Positions 1 through 9,058 of a stretch of DNA of 64,000 nucleotides are shown here, piece after piece (position 1 is the stretch's first letter; each line of letters opens with the position of its first letter). This DNA comes from an uncultured Acidobacteriota bacterium (lineage in GTDB: Bacteria; Acidobacteriota; Thermoanaerobaculia; Gp7-AA8). Below the pieces are notes generated by a model. That model was not told where the DNA came from and searched no databases. It worked only from the letters and a program-made list of their open reading frames with translations. Location of the stretch: the NCBI GenBank assembly GCA_963822445.1, contig CAWGHO010000003.1, positions 256,001 through 320,000 on the forward strand. Reading direction: 5' to 3'. The position numbers were made by a program, and so were the translations under genes.

Positions 1-1125
1 CGCGAAGTGGCGCGTCGTTCCGGGATTTGCCGCGACGGTTGACGACGCGGAGATGCAGCGCCTCCGCAACGATCCCGCCGTCACCTCCGTCGAACCCGAC
101 CTCGGCGGCAGCGTGACCGCCGTTTCGAGCGAAGGGTCGATCGGCCTCAACGGAGAGCTGATCGGCCTTCCCGCGGTGCATGCGCTCGGCTACGACGGCA
201 CCGGGAGCACGGTCGCGGTGCTCGGCACCGGCGTTTCGCCGCACCCGGATCTGAACGGCCGCATCGTCGAAGAGCGTTGTTACTGCGCGTATGCGAACGG
301 CCAGGGATGCTGCCCGAATGGCGCAACCCAGCAATTCGGCACTGGTTCCGCGCGCGACGACCTCGGTCACGAGACCAACGTCGCCGGGGTCATCGCCGGC
401 AGAGGCGGCATCGCGCCCATCGGGATCGCGCCGGGAGCGAAGATCGTGGCGATCCGCACGAACGACGCCACCGGCAACATCGCCTGGACTTCGCAGGTGA
501 TCTCGGCACTCGATTCGATCCTAGCCAGCCCGGTCCACGTCGACGCCGTCAACATGAGCTTCGCCATCGGCTTTCTGTCGAACAACGCGTGCGACGGGGA
601 TAACCCCGCACTGACCGATGCGATGGCACGCGTGCGCGCTCGCGGCATCGTCCTCGTCGCAGCGACGCGGCGACGAAGGGAATCCGTCCGCCCGCCTGCA
701 TCTCGGGGGTTCTTTCCGTCGGCGCGGTCTACCACACGAATCTCCCGTCGGCTTCGCTGCTGGGATGCACCGACACGCCCGCGGAGGTCGATCGTGTCAC
801 GTGCTTCTCGAACTCCGCTGCGCAGCTCGATCTCCTCGCGCCCGGTTACCGCGTTCAGTCGCCGGCGAAGAATGGTGGAGTCTCGAACGCCAGCGGAACG
901 TCGTTCTCAGCGCCGCATGTGGCCGGGGCCGTTGCCCTGCTGCGGCAGATCGATCCACAGTTGACGCCCGACGCCATCGAGGAGCTGCTCGAGTCGACGG
1001 GACGTCCGATCGTCGACAGCCGCAGCGGCATCACCACGCCGCGCCTCGACCTCTTCGCGGCAGTGATTAAGCTGCGTCTGAATGCGACGCCGGCGGGGCC
1101 GCGGCGCCGCTCTGTTCGGCACTGA
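1..1125 (+). pseudogene. S8 subtilisin-like serine protease, disrupted; 5' end lies outside the window
   Basis: Subtilase motifs are present: VAVL[G]TG (catalytic Asp codon reads GGC at 224-226), GHETNVAGVIAG, VNMSF, and SGTSFSAPHVAGAVALL in a second frame. A frameshift near 665 corresponds to about 10 nt missing relative to the copy at 5385-5969, which removes SGN of the AASGN motif. Confidence 0.85.
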
Positions 1126-1128
1126 CGG
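553..1128 (+). repeat. Direct repeat copy 1 (about 580 bp; 3' half of the subtilase)
   Basis: Aligns nearly base for base with 5385-5969, from catgagc...gccatcggctttctgtcgaac to ...gttcggcactgacgg. Confidence 0.92.
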
Positions 1129-1352
1129 ATATCGGCTCGGCGCTGAAACTCGGACGCTGCATCTGCGACAACGTCACCTACATCGGCCGGAGCGACAGCG
1201 TGCAGATTGCGCCGGTGCTGCTCTTCAATTGGATCGATATGTCTTGATCGCTCGCGTTACGCCGTCGACCGCGATCCAGGTGACGTGCCCTGTGATGCGG
1301 AAGTGGCCGTGGCCGATGGCCAGAACCCCGCGCGGGTTACAGTACAGCCTCC

Positions 1353-2159
1353 ATGAAGCCGTTTCTCTGCGCCGCGATTCAGCTCAACTCCACGGACGAT
1401 CGCGACAGGAATCTGGAAATGGCGCTGGCCCTGATCGATCGTGCTGCAGCACGCGGAGCGGAGCTCGTGGCGCTGCCGGAAAACGCCGACTACATCGGTC
1501 CGCAGGGGGTCAAAGTCAGTCTGGCCGAACCGATCGAAGGCCCGGCCTTCACGATGTTCGCGGCAAAAGCGAAGGCCCTGGGCATCTGGCTGCTGGCCGG
1601 ATCGATCGCCGAGTCCTCGCCGATCGAAGGCAAAGCGCGCAACACCTCGGTGCTGTTCGACCCTGAAGGAACGCAACGGGCGGTGTACAGGAAGATCCAC
1701 CTGTTCGACGTCGACCTCGCCGATGGCGCGCGATTCCGTGAGAGTGACGTGGTCGAGCCTGGCCGCGACGCTGTGGTCGTCGAGACTCCGCTGGCCGTCT
1801 TCGGCCTGACGATCTGCTACGACGTCCGTTTCCCGGAGCTCTATCGCGCACTTTCGGCGCGCGGCGCCGAGGTCCTGTTCGTGCCTTCGGCGTTCACGCT
1901 GCACACCGGGAAGGACCATTGGGAGGTCCTGCTGCGTGCACGAGCCATCGAAAACACGGCGTGGGTCGTCGCGCCGGCGCAGACTGGCGATCATGGTCGC
2001 GGCCGGCGAAGTTACGGGCACTCCATGATCGTGGACCCCTGGGGTGTCGTTGTGGCGCGATGTTCCGAGGGACCGGGCTTGTGCATCGCCGAGATCGATC
2101 CGGACCGGCTCACCAGCGTGCGCAGCGAGATTCCGTCTCTGCGACACCGGGTGATGTAG
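1353..2159 (+). CDS. Carbon-nitrogen hydrolase (nitrilase superfamily, Nit1/deaminated-glutathione amidase-like)
   Basis: The E-K-C triad is in context: LPEN, YRKIHLFDV, ICYDVRFPE. Also PSAFT...HWEVLLRARAIEN and YGHSMIVDPWG. Confidence 0.93.
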   Translation: MKPFLCAAIQLNSTDDRDRNLEMALALIDRAAARGAELVALPENADYIGPQGVKVSLAEPIEGPAFTMFAAKAKALGIWLLAGSIAESSPIEGKARNTSVLFDPEGTQRAVYRKIHLFDVDLADGARFRESDVVEPGRDAVVVETPLAVFGLTICYDVRFPELYRALSARGAEVLFVPSAFTLHTGKDHWEVLLRARAIENTAWVVAPAQTGDHGRGRRSYGHSMIVDPWGVVVARCSEGPGLCIAEIDPDRLTSVRSEIPSLRHRVM

Positions 2160-2295
2160 TGCAAGCAACAACCGATCTGCCGCGGGCGCCGATGTGGCTA
2201 CCACCGACGGGTTCGTACGGCTGACCGCGACGCCGCTGGACGCGCGAAACGATCACACCGCGCTAAGTACCTGGAATCAGAGAGATGCCTCACGC

Positions 2296-2332
2296 GGCGG
2301 TGACACGGGTTCGAATCCCGTATGCGCTACCA
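2296..2332 (+). tRNA. tRNA 3'-half remnant (tRNA-Glu-like), not a complete tRNA
   Basis: ggcggtgac-acggg-TTCGAAT-cccgt-atgcgct-A-CCA gives a perfect T-arm, a 3' acceptor strand and CCA. No matching 5' acceptor strand or D-arm lies upstream. Confidence 0.7.
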
Positions 2333-2467
2333 ACTCTCGCGCAACGACGGAGCTCATCTTGATGTCCTTCGTGGATAGCGCGAAGTGGCTACGGTGGTGG
2401 TTCAGGCTTGCGTCCCTCTCAAAGATCGATGGTTGGATCCCAGTCGTCGCTGACGACTGACTCCCGC

Positions 2468-2572
2468 TTTTCTCTGTGTACCTCTGTGGCTCTGTGCTGA
2501 AAGCCTTTGACTCTTTCAAGTCTTCTATGCAAAAAGCTTTCACGACAGGGCCGCCGAGATACACGGAGAAAA
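2468..2572. repeat. Imperfect 37-bp inverted repeat (REP/MITE-like) with an AT-rich spacer
   Basis: The left arm 2468-2504 (ttttctctgtgtacctctgtggctctgtgctgaaagc) matches the reverse complement of 2536-2572 (ttttctccgtgtatctcggcggccctgtcgtgaaagc). Confidence 0.75.
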
Positions 2573-2582
2573 TCTTCGAAAC

Positions 2583-5183
2583 ATGACTGTCGCCGCAGGC
2601 TCGAAGCTTGGCCCCTACGAGATGCTCGCCCCCCTCGGCGCAGGCGGAATGGGCGAGGTGTGGCGTGCGCGCGATACGCGCCTCGATCGCAGTGTGGCCA
2701 TCAAGATCCTGCCGCAGGCCTTCTCGTCCGACTCGAAGAGCAGGCTCCGGTTCGAGCGTGAGGCCAAGGCCATCTCGCAGCTCAATCACCCGAACATCTG
2801 CTCCCTTTTCGACGTCGGACACGACAGCGGCACCGACTATCTGGTCATGGAGCTGATGGAAGGCGAGTCGCTCGCCGACCGCATTGCTCGCGGTGGTGCT
2901 CTTCCTCTCGCGGAGGTAATCCGCTATGGCGCGCAGATCGCGGACGCGCTCCATGCCGCGCATCGCCAGGGCATCGTGCATCGCGATCTCAAGCCTGGGA
3001 ACATCATGCTCACGCGCACCGGCGCGAAGCTGCTCGACTTCGGGCTGGCTCGCACCGCGGAGACCGCCGCCAGCCACGATGGGCCGACGGCGGCGTTCAC
3101 AGCGCAGCGCCCGTTGACCGAGGAGGGGACGATTGTCGGGACGATCCAGTACATGTCGCCGGAGCAGCTCACCGGCAACCCAGCCGACCATCGCAGCGAC
3201 ATCTTCGCCCTCGGTGTCGTCCTCTACGAGATGGTCACCGGACGGCGCGCATTTCCCGGAAGCACGCGCACGAGCGTGGTCTCGGCGATCATCGCGGCGC
3301 AGCCGGCTCCGCTGTCCAGCGTGCAGCCACTTGCTCCGCACTCGCTGGAGCGCTTGATCGCCGCGTGCATCGCCAAGGATCCAGAACATCGATTGCAGTC
3401 TGCTCACGATGTCGGTGTGCAGTTGCGATGGCTCGAAGGCAGCGGCGAAGAAGACCGCGCATCGACGGCAGTCCGGCGGCCGTCGCTCGCGTGGAGAATC
3501 GCAGCGCTCTCTGCTCTGGCAGCGCTGGCGATTCTTGCGTATTTCCCGGTTCGCGATCGCGGGAAGGCGCCGGTTCAGCCCATCCGATTCACGATCTCGC
3601 CTCCGCCGCAGACGAATTTCAACGGTATGCCGGCTATTTCCGCCGATGGAACCAGGATCGTTCTGAATGCGCAGTCGGCTGACGGGAAGTCGATGTTCTG
3701 GCTGCGCACGATCGATCGTCTCGAGGTGCAGCCGATCAAGGGAAGCGAGAGCGCGAACTTTGCCTTCTGGTCGCCCGACGGGCAGCAGATCGGATTCACG
3801 GCACGCGGCAAGCTGTGGCGATTCAATATGGCCGACAACACGGTCAACGCGATCTGCGACGTGCCGGATGAGCTGCCGGGCGGCGCGACGTGGAATCGCA
3901 ACGGGGTAATCGTCTTCTCCTCCGCCGGTGCGCTGCATCGGATCTCCGCTTCCGGAGGTGCAGCCGTGCGGCTGGGAGTCACCCGGCCGGGTGAATCGAC
4001 GAGCTGGCCGTGGTTCCTGCCGGACGACGATCACTTCCTTTTCGACGCGTCATTGACGAAAGATCAGGGGATCTACGCAGGCTCGCTTTCGTCGAATGTC
4101 CGGAAACTGATTCTCAAATCGGATGACATCGTTAACGCTCGCGTCGCGTACGCCGCCGGGTACATTTTCTACAACCGCGGACCGGAGCTGTACGCGCAGA
4201 AGTTCGACGCGGATAAGCTGGAATTGACCGGCGAGCCGCAGAAGATCGACGACAACGTCGAGTTTTATGCCCCGGGCCGCTCGGCGTTTTCCGTATCGCA
4301 GACCGGCACGCTCGTTTATCACCCCGCGTCTGATCCGGTCGTAGATCAGCTGGCCTTCGTTGATCGCACCGGCGTCGAGCTGGCCAGCGCCGGTCCGCTG
4401 GCAGCGTACGACAGTTTCGAGCTGTCACCCGATGACCGAAAACTGGCGTTCACGCGCTGGGGAGCGGTCAGCGCAGTCTGGATGCTCGACATAGCGCGGG
4501 GCAGCCTGACACGACTCTCCTTTGAACCATGGTCTGGGTTTCCCTACTGGACCGCCGATGGCCGGAGCATTGTCTACGCAGCCGCAGTCGATACACCGCC
4601 GAACCTGTTTCTCAGGACAGAGAACGGCTCCATTCAACGCCTGACCACGATGGCGGCCGATCACTACCCGACCGACGTGACGCCCGACGGTAAGTCCGTG
4701 ATCGCGGAGATCACCAGGCCGCCGAACGGCATGGACACCATTCTGGTCCCGTTAGCCGCGCCGAATCGCCACGTTCCCCTGATCGCCACGAAATTCGACG
4801 ATCGTGAGGCCGTGGTCTCGCCCGATGGCGCCTGGCTCGCGTACGAGTCGAACGAGAGCGGCCAGTGGCAGGTGTACGCAACCCGTCTGACACCGGGGGG
4901 CAGCCGTGTGCAGATCTCGACCACCACCGGCATCCGCGCGCGCTGGAGCCGCGACGGACGCCGCCTCTACTACGTCGACATGAGCCAGAAAAAGCTCATG
5001 GAAGTGACGATCTCCATCGTCGAGGGCGAGCTCCAACCGTCACTTCCCACGCCGCTGTTCAGCTATGACAGCACCAACTACGACGTAACCCGCGACGGCC
5101 GCTTCCTCATCGCCAGACGGCAACTGAACCCCGACGCCGCACCGATGCACGTGTTCATGAACTGGCCCTCGACTGTGCGCTGA
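2583..5183 (+). CDS. Hanks-type Ser/Thr kinase with TM segment and TolB/PD40 beta-propeller
   Basis: Kinase motifs LGAGGMGEV, VAIK, HRDLKPGN, DFGLA, GTIQYMSPE, then a hydrophobic helix and WSPDG/SPDG repeats. Confidence 0.95.
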   Translation: MTVAAGSKLGPYEMLAPLGAGGMGEVWRARDTRLDRSVAIKILPQAFSSDSKSRLRFEREAKAISQLNHPNICSLFDVGHDSGTDYLVMELMEGESLADRIARGGALPLAEVIRYGAQIADALHAAHRQGIVHRDLKPGNIMLTRTGAKLLDFGLARTAETAASHDGPTAAFTAQRPLTEEGTIVGTIQYMSPEQLTGNPADHRSDIFALGVVLYEMVTGRRAFPGSTRTSVVSAIIAAQPAPLSSVQPLAPHSLERLIAACIAKDPEHRLQSAHDVGVQLRWLEGSGEEDRASTAVRRPSLAWRIAALSALAALAILAYFPVRDRGKAPVQPIRFTISPPPQTNFNGMPAISADGTRIVLNAQSADGKSMFWLRTIDRLEVQPIKGSESANFAFWSPDGQQIGFTARGKLWRFNMADNTVNAICDVPDELPGGATWNRNGVIVFSSAGALHRISASGGAAVRLGVTRPGESTSWPWFLPDDDHFLFDASLTKDQGIYAGSLSSNVRKLILKSDDIVNARVAYAAGYIFYNRGPELYAQKFDADKLELTGEPQKIDDNVEFYAPGRSAFSVSQTGTLVYHPASDPVVDQLAFVDRTGVELASAGPLAAYDSFELSPDDRKLAFTRWGAVSAVWMLDIARGSLTRLSFEPWSGFPYWTADGRSIVYAAAVDTPPNLFLRTENGSIQRLTTMAADHYPTDVTPDGKSVIAEITRPPNGMDTILVPLAAPNRHVPLIATKFDDREAVVSPDGAWLAYESNESGQWQVYATRLTPGGSRVQISTTTGIRARWSRDGRRLYYVDMSQKKLMEVTISIVEGELQPSLPTPLFSYDSTNYDVTRDGRFLIARRQLNPDAAPMHVFMNWPSTVR

Positions 5184-5384
5184 TTCGAAGTGCGATCCCT
5201 ACGCAATCACTCGCAGCCCAGGGCCGGGCCGTACATCCGCATGGAGCGCCCGGGCCGAAGCGACCGCCGATCTTTCCGTTCAGCGCGACCATGGCAGGTG
5301 ATTGCGCTACGTCGGGAAATGCGGAAGCTTCTCCCACTTGTAAGAACGCGAGGCACCTGCTTTTCGTTGGCAGTCCTCGCTTCT

Positions 5385-5969
5385 CATGAGCATCGCCATC
5401 GGCTTTCTGTCGAACAGCGCGTGCGACGGAGATAACCCGGCGCTCACCGATGCGATGGCACGCGTGCGCGCTCGCGGCATCGTCCTCGTCGCCGCGAGCG
5501 GCAACGACGCGGCGACGAAGGGAACCGTCCGCCCGCCTGCATCTCGGGGGTACTTTCCGTCGGCGCGGTCTACCCCACGAATCTCCCGTCGGGTTCGCTG
5601 CTGGGATGCACCGACACGCCCGCGGAAGTCGATCGTGTCACGTGCTTCTCGAACTCCGCGGCGCAGCTCGATCTTCTCGCGCCCGGTTATCGCGTTCAGT
5701 CGCCGGCGAAGAATGGTGGAGTCTCGAACGCCAGCGGAACGTCGTTCTCAGCGCCGCATGTGGCCGGAGCCGTGGCGGTGCTACGGCAGATCGATCCACA
5801 GTTGACGCCCGACGCCATCGAGGAGCTGCTCGAGTCGACCGGACGTCCGATCGTCGACAGCCGCAACGGCATCACCACGCCGCGCCTCGACCTCTTCGCG
5901 GCGGTGATGAAGCTGCGTCTGAATGCGACGCCGGCGGGGCTGCGGCGCCGCCCTGTTCGGCACTGACGG
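5385..5969 (+). pseudogene. Direct repeat copy 2: 5'-truncated, frameshifted subtilase fragment
   Basis: Starts mid-gene (MSIAIGFLS). AASGND is intact, but there is a 1-nt deletion near 5525 (ggaaccgtcc versus ggaatccgtcc). SGTSFSAPHVAG follows in the shifted frame. Confidence 0.87.
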
Positions 5970-5981
5970 CCGTCCTGACGA

Positions 5982-6722
5982 TCATCGGACGAGTGATCGC
6001 CTGCGAGGCGGCGGAGTGATGGCTGGCGCGCCGATGAACCAGAGTGCGACGAGGCGGCGCTGCAGCGGTGAGGGATTCGGTCCCGACCCATGCGCGAGGT
6101 GCGGATGGAAGACGACCGCGTCGCCTGGATCGAGCGGTATCAGCGTTCGACCGCTCTCGTCGAAGACGCCTGCATTGGTGTCGGACGTGTCGTAATCGAA
6201 TTTCACGGCGCCGCCGGCATGCGAGCCGGAGAGAACCTCGAACCCGCCGTTCCCCTCGTCCGCGCGATCGAGGGCGATCACCAGATTCGCCCCGCCGTAC
6301 TTCGCGATCGCGTCGCGCTGCTGCCATGCGACGAACGCCGCGTCCTGGTGCCAGGGAAAGCCAGTGCCGACCCTGGGCGCCTTCAGGTTGATCTGATCGA
6401 CGATCCAGCGCGGCGAGGTCACGCCGACCGACTCCATGAGCTTCAGCACCCGCCTGTCGTTGCGAAGGAGGGCCACCTCCCCGTTGGCGGACGACGCAAA
6501 CGTGATCTTTCGCAGCGCGCCGGGAGCGATCGCGGTCTCACCTCGGCGCCCGCTGGCAGTCTGCACCTCGTAACGCGCGCCATCGATCTCAGCGTCGGCC
6601 AGCAGGTGCGCCCCCTTCGACGCCAGCTCATCGCTTGCCGAGCGAAGAACTTCGACCTCTCGCGGTGTGAGGAAGAGCTGAACCAGCGCCCACCCATCGC
6701 GGTCGAACCGCTCGCGGATCAT
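5982..6722 (-). CDS. Phytanoyl-CoA dioxygenase (PhyH) family Fe(II)/2-oxoglutarate oxygenase
   Basis: Motifs FDRDGW, NLKAP, PWHQD (HxD), ALD.A...NGG, PGDAVVFH...HGSGPN...RR. Start placed at ATG 6722 rather than at the longest-ORF start. Confidence 0.88.
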   Translation of the reverse strand: MIRERFDRDGWALVQLFLTPREVEVLRSASDELASKGAHLLADAEIDGARYEVQTASGRRGETAIAPGALRKITFASSANGEVALLRNDRRVLKLMESVGVTSPRWIVDQINLKAPRVGTGFPWHQDAAFVAWQQRDAIAKYGGANLVIALDRADEGNGGFEVLSGSHAGGAVKFDYDTSDTNAGVFDESGRTLIPLDPGDAVVFHPHLAHGSGPNPSPLQRRLVALWFIGAPAITPPPRRRSLVR

Positions 6723-6883
6723 CGGTGCACCGAGCGCGTGCGATGACTGCTCCATCACGCGCGATTGTGCCATCACGCTCGATGGTGAGGGACGAACTGA
6801 GGGCGGAAGGTCGCACCTTGATGCGGCAGCGTGACTCCGGCAAGCCAAGCGGAGGTGTGACCCGTAACTTCCGGCGCTCTCGC

Positions 6884-6932
6884 GGAATCTCGAACGCCAG
6901 CGGAACGTCATTCGCGGCGCCGCTTGTGGCCG
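6884..6932 (+). repeat. Third, short subtilase remnant covering the catalytic-Ser motif
   Basis: ggaatctcgaacgccagcggaacgtcattcgcggcgccgcttgtggccg (GISNASGTSFAAPLVA) resembles 877-925 and 5718-5766. Confidence 0.7.
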
Positions 6933-7053
6933 ACGGTCAGCCTGCCGAGCTTGACGAAGCCGGGACCTCACGCGGCGGCAGATCCTCAACCACACCTCGG
7001 GTGTTAGTCGCGAATCGTTCCCACCCGGCCCGCCGTGGCAAAGCCTTACTAAT

Positions 7054-8124
7054 TCAATGGACACGGACTTCAGCTGCGGACAGCCACGACTGCAGGGCGG
7101 CAACTGTTACATACCGCGCGCCGGTGCCGTGGTACTGCGCGACCAGCTCTGACCACAGCACGTTTCGCAGCGCGCGTTCCCACAACAGGGCAATCGCGCG
7201 AGACCGAAACGATAGAGCGATAACGCAATCCGACAGTTGGACTTCGCGCGTAAGAATGATGGCGCGAACGTTCTCTCTTAAAGGAAGACCAACCCGCGGA
7301 AGGAAGATCACGTCGCCCGATACACGGCCGCGCTCAATTCCATGTACTCGGCCGAGTGTCGCTGGGTTTACGTCACGCGCCAGAGACGAAAGATCTGTGG
7401 AGTGCACGTACGACACTCCCTGCTTGGCGCGTTGTGCCTCGTAAACGGGAAGGCCTCCACGGATGAGCGCCACGGATGAGCTACTCATCATGCCGCGCTT
7501 GCTACCATCTGCAACGGTAACGTGACTTTTGCGCGTAAAGCGCGCGACCAAAGCGTTCGCGCGCGTGCCACGGAAGGTGCTGTTCCTTAGTTGTGCCACA
7601 AAGGTAGTGTCATAGCCGCGACTCACTATAGATCTGGCTTGCGCATCAAGCTCCGAGTACATGAGCGATTCTGGTAGCACCGCGCAACAGACGGTTGGCA
7701 ACGCACGCGTAAGCACAGTCAAGACATGAGCCATCGCCACGGAGCAGCGGCCATTGAAATCCTCTAGGCGTACTATTACGCCTTTTGTTGCCGCCATGCT
7801 GAAGGGTGGGTTCAGGAGCGCCAAGTCCGCGCCTATTCCGACGCGTCCGGCGTGAAGCCGCGCCCACGACTTCTCGTCAAGTGCGTCCCCGCGGGAAAGA
7901 GTCCAGTCGGGATACCTTCGCCTCAGCCGCGAAATCGCAGCGTGATCGACATCGATGCCGACGCAGCGGACGTTCGGCAATATGTCTTTCGCGGCGGCTA
8001 GAAGACTTCCATCTCCGCAAGTGCTGTCGAGGCACCGCTCGCTTGCTGACTCACCTGCGGCCTCGACGACGGAACGAGCGACAGCAGGCGGCGTGTAGTA
8101 TCGATCAAGTTCAGTTGGCCACAT
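7054..8124 (-). CDS. N6-adenine-type DNA methyltransferase with a short C-terminal domain
   Basis: Motif X YYTP, motif I LDSTCGDGSLL, GIDVD, motif IV LNPPF and later VLPES, in gamma-group order. Confidence 0.82.
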   Translation of the reverse strand: MWPTELDRYYTPPAVARSVVEAAGESASERCLDSTCGDGSLLAAAKDILPNVRCVGIDVDHAAISRLRRRYPDWTLSRGDALDEKSWARLHAGRVGIGADLALLNPPFSMAATKGVIVRLEDFNGRCSVAMAHVLTVLTRALPTVCCAVLPESLMYSELDAQARSIVSRGYDTTFVAQLRNSTFRGTRANALVARFTRKSHVTVADGSKRGMMSSSSVALIRGGLPVYEAQRAKQGVSYVHSTDLSSLARDVNPATLGRVHGIERGRVSGDVIFLPRVGLPLRENVRAIILTREVQLSDCVIALSFRSRAIALLWERALRNVLWSELVAQYHGTGARYVTVAALQSWLSAAEVRVH

Positions 8125-9058
8125 GGGATGGTTTTAACGTGTAGAAATGAACGAGACCGATACCCTGTGTTCGGCCCGCCTTCCGAACCGGGTGGTCGTA
8201 CATCAATTCAGTCGAGTCCGGAAATCTCAGCGCATAGCAGACCGCGCCGACAGCATGTGGTTTGGTGCCAATAGGAGCGATGTACATGTACTTGCCACCG
8301 CTGTCGCGCTGTATGTCGGCGAGTGTTTCGAACGTCTCGAACGGACAGCTCGCGGCAGCAATTCGGATATTGCCGTGGGCTCGTGTTTCTTTCAAAAACT
8401 CAGAGTTGCTCGCATACGTTACCTGCGGATACTCGACTCTAAATCCTGGTATTCCGATGATCGCGTACACCGGCGGGAGGGGATCTAGCGTGAGCGCAAC
8501 ATGAGTCGCTCGTTTGCCCTCGAACCCGAGTAGTGCGACAAAAATAGCGTCCTGTTCCTCCTCGGGTCCGACTAGCTTAGCGAACCCGGGTAGCGGCTCG
8601 ATGCCGCGAAAGCTTTCACTCAAATCGTACTCCGTGCGCGAGGTTGGATTTGGGTGGGGGCGGTAAAAGTCTGGCTCTGCGTAGACGATGCGCAGCGTCT
8701 GGAGTGCGGCGAAGCTTGCTCGGAGCAGCGGCGCCCAAACATGATGAGCTAAGCCAGACACGTCCACATACGCGCCGGTGAAACCGTCGAAGAGCGCCGT
8801 GAGCCGATCCGAGTCGTGAAGCCCTATCTCGAAGGGCGCACCGGAACTACGCCGTGCGACCACACTGTTAGGCGTCGCACTAACAACCTCGACGCACTGC
8901 TCGGGTCGCTCGTGAAGGCACTCATCCCAGAGCGGTGCTCGGCTGCGCACTTCTGTACCGCCCGAGCTAAATATGTACCCCGCGTCAGGATCGAGATCTG
9001 ACCAACGCGGTTGCCAAACGCGCAGCGTCTTGCCAGCAGCCGCTCGCGTGCGCGTCAT
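8111..9058 (-). CDS. Uncharacterised protein, possibly CARF-like Rossmann fold
   Basis: Motifs VYAEP.Y, LLGFEG.R, GIPGFR, IAPIGTKP, LMYDHP. The gene overlaps both neighbours. The fold call is inference. Confidence 0.55.
   Translation of the reverse strand: MTRTRAAAGKTLRVWQPRWSDLDPDAGYIFSSGGTEVRSRAPLWDECLHERPEQCVEVVSATPNSVVARRSSGAPFEIGLHDSDRLTALFDGFTGAYVDVSGLAHHVWAPLLRASFAALQTLRIVYAEPDFYRPHPNPTSRTEYDLSESFRGIEPLPGFAKLVGPEEEQDAIFVALLGFEGKRATHVALTLDPLPPVYAIIGIPGFRVEYPQVTYASNSEFLKETRAHGNIRIAAASCPFETFETLADIQRDSGGKYMYIAPIGTKPHAVGAVCYALRFPDSTELMYDHPVRKAGRTQGIGLVHFYTLKPSHVAN

Noticed and set aside
2257-2332. Complete functional tRNA gene
   Set aside because: Only the T-arm, 3' acceptor strand and CCA are present; the upstream sequence cannot form the acceptor stem or D-arm.
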